Assembly (NCBI GenBank): GCA_964016885.1
Contig: OZ024741.1
Coordinates: 188,914,001-188,978,000 of the forward strand
Direction of reading: 5' to 3'
DNA from: Eledone cirrhosa
Taxonomy: Eukaryota
Length of the DNA stretch: 64,000 bases
Shown: piece by piece, positions 61,314-64,000 of the stretch
Layout: the number at the start of each line of letters is the position of its first letter
How positions within the stretch are numbered: position 1 is the stretch's first letter
The notes under the pieces: model-generated
Told to the model about the DNA's origin: nothing
What the model saw: the letters and a program-made list of their open reading frames with translations, nothing else
The model's database searches: none
Translations under genes and position numbers: made by a program

Positions 61314-61696
61314 TACATTGTGTTTTCTATATGTTATGTGGTGTATGTTGAATTTGTTGTTGTTGTTTGTATACATTGTGAAGACAGGTTTGCAAGCTAC
61401 TCATAGAGGAGATCACACCCAAGTTGTCTTAGTGCTCCAGAAGTCATCACATAGAGTGTAAAATATATTTCAAGTACAGTCTCTCCTACAAAACTGTCTC
61501 CATAGCCTAACAAGTCAATCTGGTTGTAATGTCTCCAAGTTAATATCTGGCATGATGACTGCAACTTCTTTTTCAGTGAACAAATTATATTTTTGGAAAC
61601 CAAATCTAGAAATCTTTTTTTTTTAAGAATAACCACTGAAAACTCTCAAGTGTTAACAGTATCCAATAATAGAGGTGTACACGAAGATGTGTGAAG

Positions 61697-62030
61697 GTGC
61701 ATGGCTTAGTGGTTAGAGCGTTGGACTTACAATCGTGAGTTTGTGAGTTCAATTCTTGGACCGGGCTTTGCATTGTGTTCTTGAGTGAGGCACTTTTTTC
61801 ACATTGCTCCAGTTCACTCAGCTGTAGAAATGAGTTGCGACATCACTGGTGCTAAGCTGTATTGGCCACTGCCTTCCCCTTGGACAACATTGGTGGCATG
61901 GAGAGGAGAGACTGGTATGCATGGGCAACTGCTGGTCTTCCACTAACAGCCTTGCCCGGACATGTGCCTCAGAAGGGAACTTTCTAGGTACAAATCCCAT
62001 GGTCATTCATGACCCGAAGGGGGTCTTTAC
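61697..62030 (+). mobile_element. tRNA-headed SINE (family B head, different 3' tail)
   Basis: Same head and core as family B but an unrelated tail. Other head-sharing copies lie at about 23864 and 39355. Confidence 0.7.
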
Positions 62031-62510
62031 ATGAAGGCATATATGATATATGTACCGTCCTGCATTGTCCTGCACTGTCCTTAATGTCTACTTTATGTAA
62101 ACCCTTGTGGTTAATAAAGAAATCATTATTATTTCAGAACTTTTTAATTCATCATCAGTAAAATTTACTCGCTCAGTACTGAGACTAGAATAAGCTATTG
62201 CTTATATACATTGTGCATATAAAACATCTGCTGGAGAAGTTCATTTATATATAGTGTATGCTTAATTTGACTGGGATTAATTAGCGATAGCACTAACATA
62301 GTATGATTCATTTACATCTCCATTTTGCATACAAAGTTTACAATGTACCATATATTTTGAGTTGAGGTTTTATAGATCCAGTGGATAAGTTGCATGGTTT
62401 TTCATGTTACAGTTTTTTGTGGAAAAAGGTTTGACTTACATATGCTTATCAACAAATATATTAATTGGAATAATTCTTTGACTGTTTACCTCTTTTCTGA
62501 TGTATTCCAG

Positions 62511-62696
62511 AAAAACATTCCTTTAATAATAATCATGTGTAACCCTGGAATGAGAAACCGTCACTGGAATTCCATGTCAGAGTTGGTTAAATTTAATCTC
62601 ACTCCTCATACCGGAACTACTCTTCGCAAAATGCTGAAGCATGATCTGGAAGGATATTTGGAAGTCTTTGAAACAATAAGTATTGGTGCTTCAAAG
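62511..62696 (+). CDS. DNAH12: DNAH12-like exon 10 of window (DHC_N2 region)
   Basis: ttccag|...AAG|gtgagt; IPLIIIMCNPGMRNRHW...LTPHTGTTLRKML...ISIGASK, the dynein heavy chain CNPGMR.RHW signature. Confidence 0.95.
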
Positions 62697-62960
62697 GTGA
62701 GTGAGAAGTTTGTATAAAGTCTAAATTTAAATAATTGGATTTTGCCAACACATACCATCAGATTATTTTTCTTTACAGTTGTGTATGAACAGTTGAGTAT
62801 GTTGCAATAGCGAATTTGAAAACAATATCTATTGTTTGGTATTGTGGTGTGTAGGTCTAGTAACCCTTATAGAATAACTGGGCCAATTCTCTTGAACGAG
62901 ATATATGCTTATATATCATCATCATCATTTTTACATTCACTTTGTTTTGTTAGTATGTGT

Positions 62961-62997
<37 letters not shown>

Positions 62998-63159
62998 CCA
63001 AAGGACCTCAAAGTAAACTTAGTAAGGATTAAAGGCTTAGTAAGTAGGAAAAAGTGGACTCTGCAATCTTAGGACTTAGCTGTGCTCAATATGCAGAAAA
63101 GGAGTAGGTAGGATATCCATATTCAATGAAAGCATAAGAGGTGTTGTGGGTTATAAGTG

Positions 63160-63630
63160 TCCTCATTATCAGTGAAGGTGGTTGTAGTGAAAGTGTCATG
63201 ACCAGAGTTGGAATGAGGTAGAAGTTCAGGATGCTGTTACCTCTGCTGGCAAATAAGAACTCTTTCTGTGTGAAGATCAGATTATATGATGCCTGTGTTT
63301 GATTTGATATGCTACATGACAGTGAAGCATGAACCTTGAGTGCAGAAAATGTCTAATGTTAGTGTTCTTGAGAAATGATGCCCAAGGAAACTGAAAGAAA
63401 AGCTAAATATAAGAGGAATTGGATGTTGTGTGTGCTGATGATTGCACTGGTTTGGACATATGATGGGTAACAAAAGCAAGAGTTGTTTAAAAATGTGCCA
63501 AGCACTTGAAGTAGACCAAACCCGTGGAAGATAAAGACCATGGAAGAACTGGGACAACGACATACACAATAACTTGAAGAAACTGAACCTCACAAAGATG
63601 ATGACAAAAACATTGAATTGACCAGATACT
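63160..63630 (+). mobile_element. Old RTE 3' ORF remnant
   Basis: Decayed GGCSESV..RV, RLYDAC..MLH.SE and W.GHMM sequence matching the RTE C-terminus. Confidence 0.7.
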
Positions 63631-64000
63631 CATCATACTGCAGATTCAGCCACCAGCACTATCACTGCAGAGTTAAATGTAAATTTAGTGAGAAATTGGA
63701 GACTGCATTGATTAAAGAGATTCCTTTATAGCCTGCAGTGGACCAGACAGCCTCTAGTTTTGGTGTATCAATGGAATGCACTAAGTACCACCTGTAAAGT
63801 TGTGGATTAACAAACTGAGACAACATAGACTAGAAGGACCTTTGTTTTGCTCCACATTTATCACCGTAAAAAGGTGTTTGTGTATGCTTGTGATTGCATT
63901 GGCACCTAAAACTCTTAGTGACAGTATAGTACATACTACCAAGTTATTCTTCACTGTGAGTGACAATGTATTAATCCAGTTTGTATCTATCAAACTGATG

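Overview
Eukaryotic, AT-rich, repeat-dense genomic DNA. The SINE families, RTE LINEs and microsatellite load suggest a coleoid cephalopod such as Octopus (inference). The whole window lies inside one + strand gene. Ten phase-compatible GT-AG exons (about 1765 nt, about 588 codons) encode part of the N-terminal tail, running into the DHC_N2 region, of an axonemal inner-arm dynein heavy chain most like DNAH12. The introns hold: a near-full-length RTE LINE with APE, RT and an internal PHD finger but a late premature stop; truncated RTE copies; two decayed mariner elements; a piggyBac relic; piggyBac-type MITEs; a 2.1-kb non-autonomous LTR element; a short Helitron; a TA-flanked TIR element; two tRNA-headed SINE families; and several minisatellites. 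The main unexplained structure is a set of fold-back (inverted) duplications from about 0.1 kb to about 2.2 kb per arm. They carry minimal type-I hammerhead-ribozyme-like motifs, and one surrounds a Penelope GIY-YIG C-terminal fragment. About ten hammerhead-like motifs from apparently different families are present, three with an intact CUGAUGA/GAAA core. All calls were made by eye and no database searches were run.
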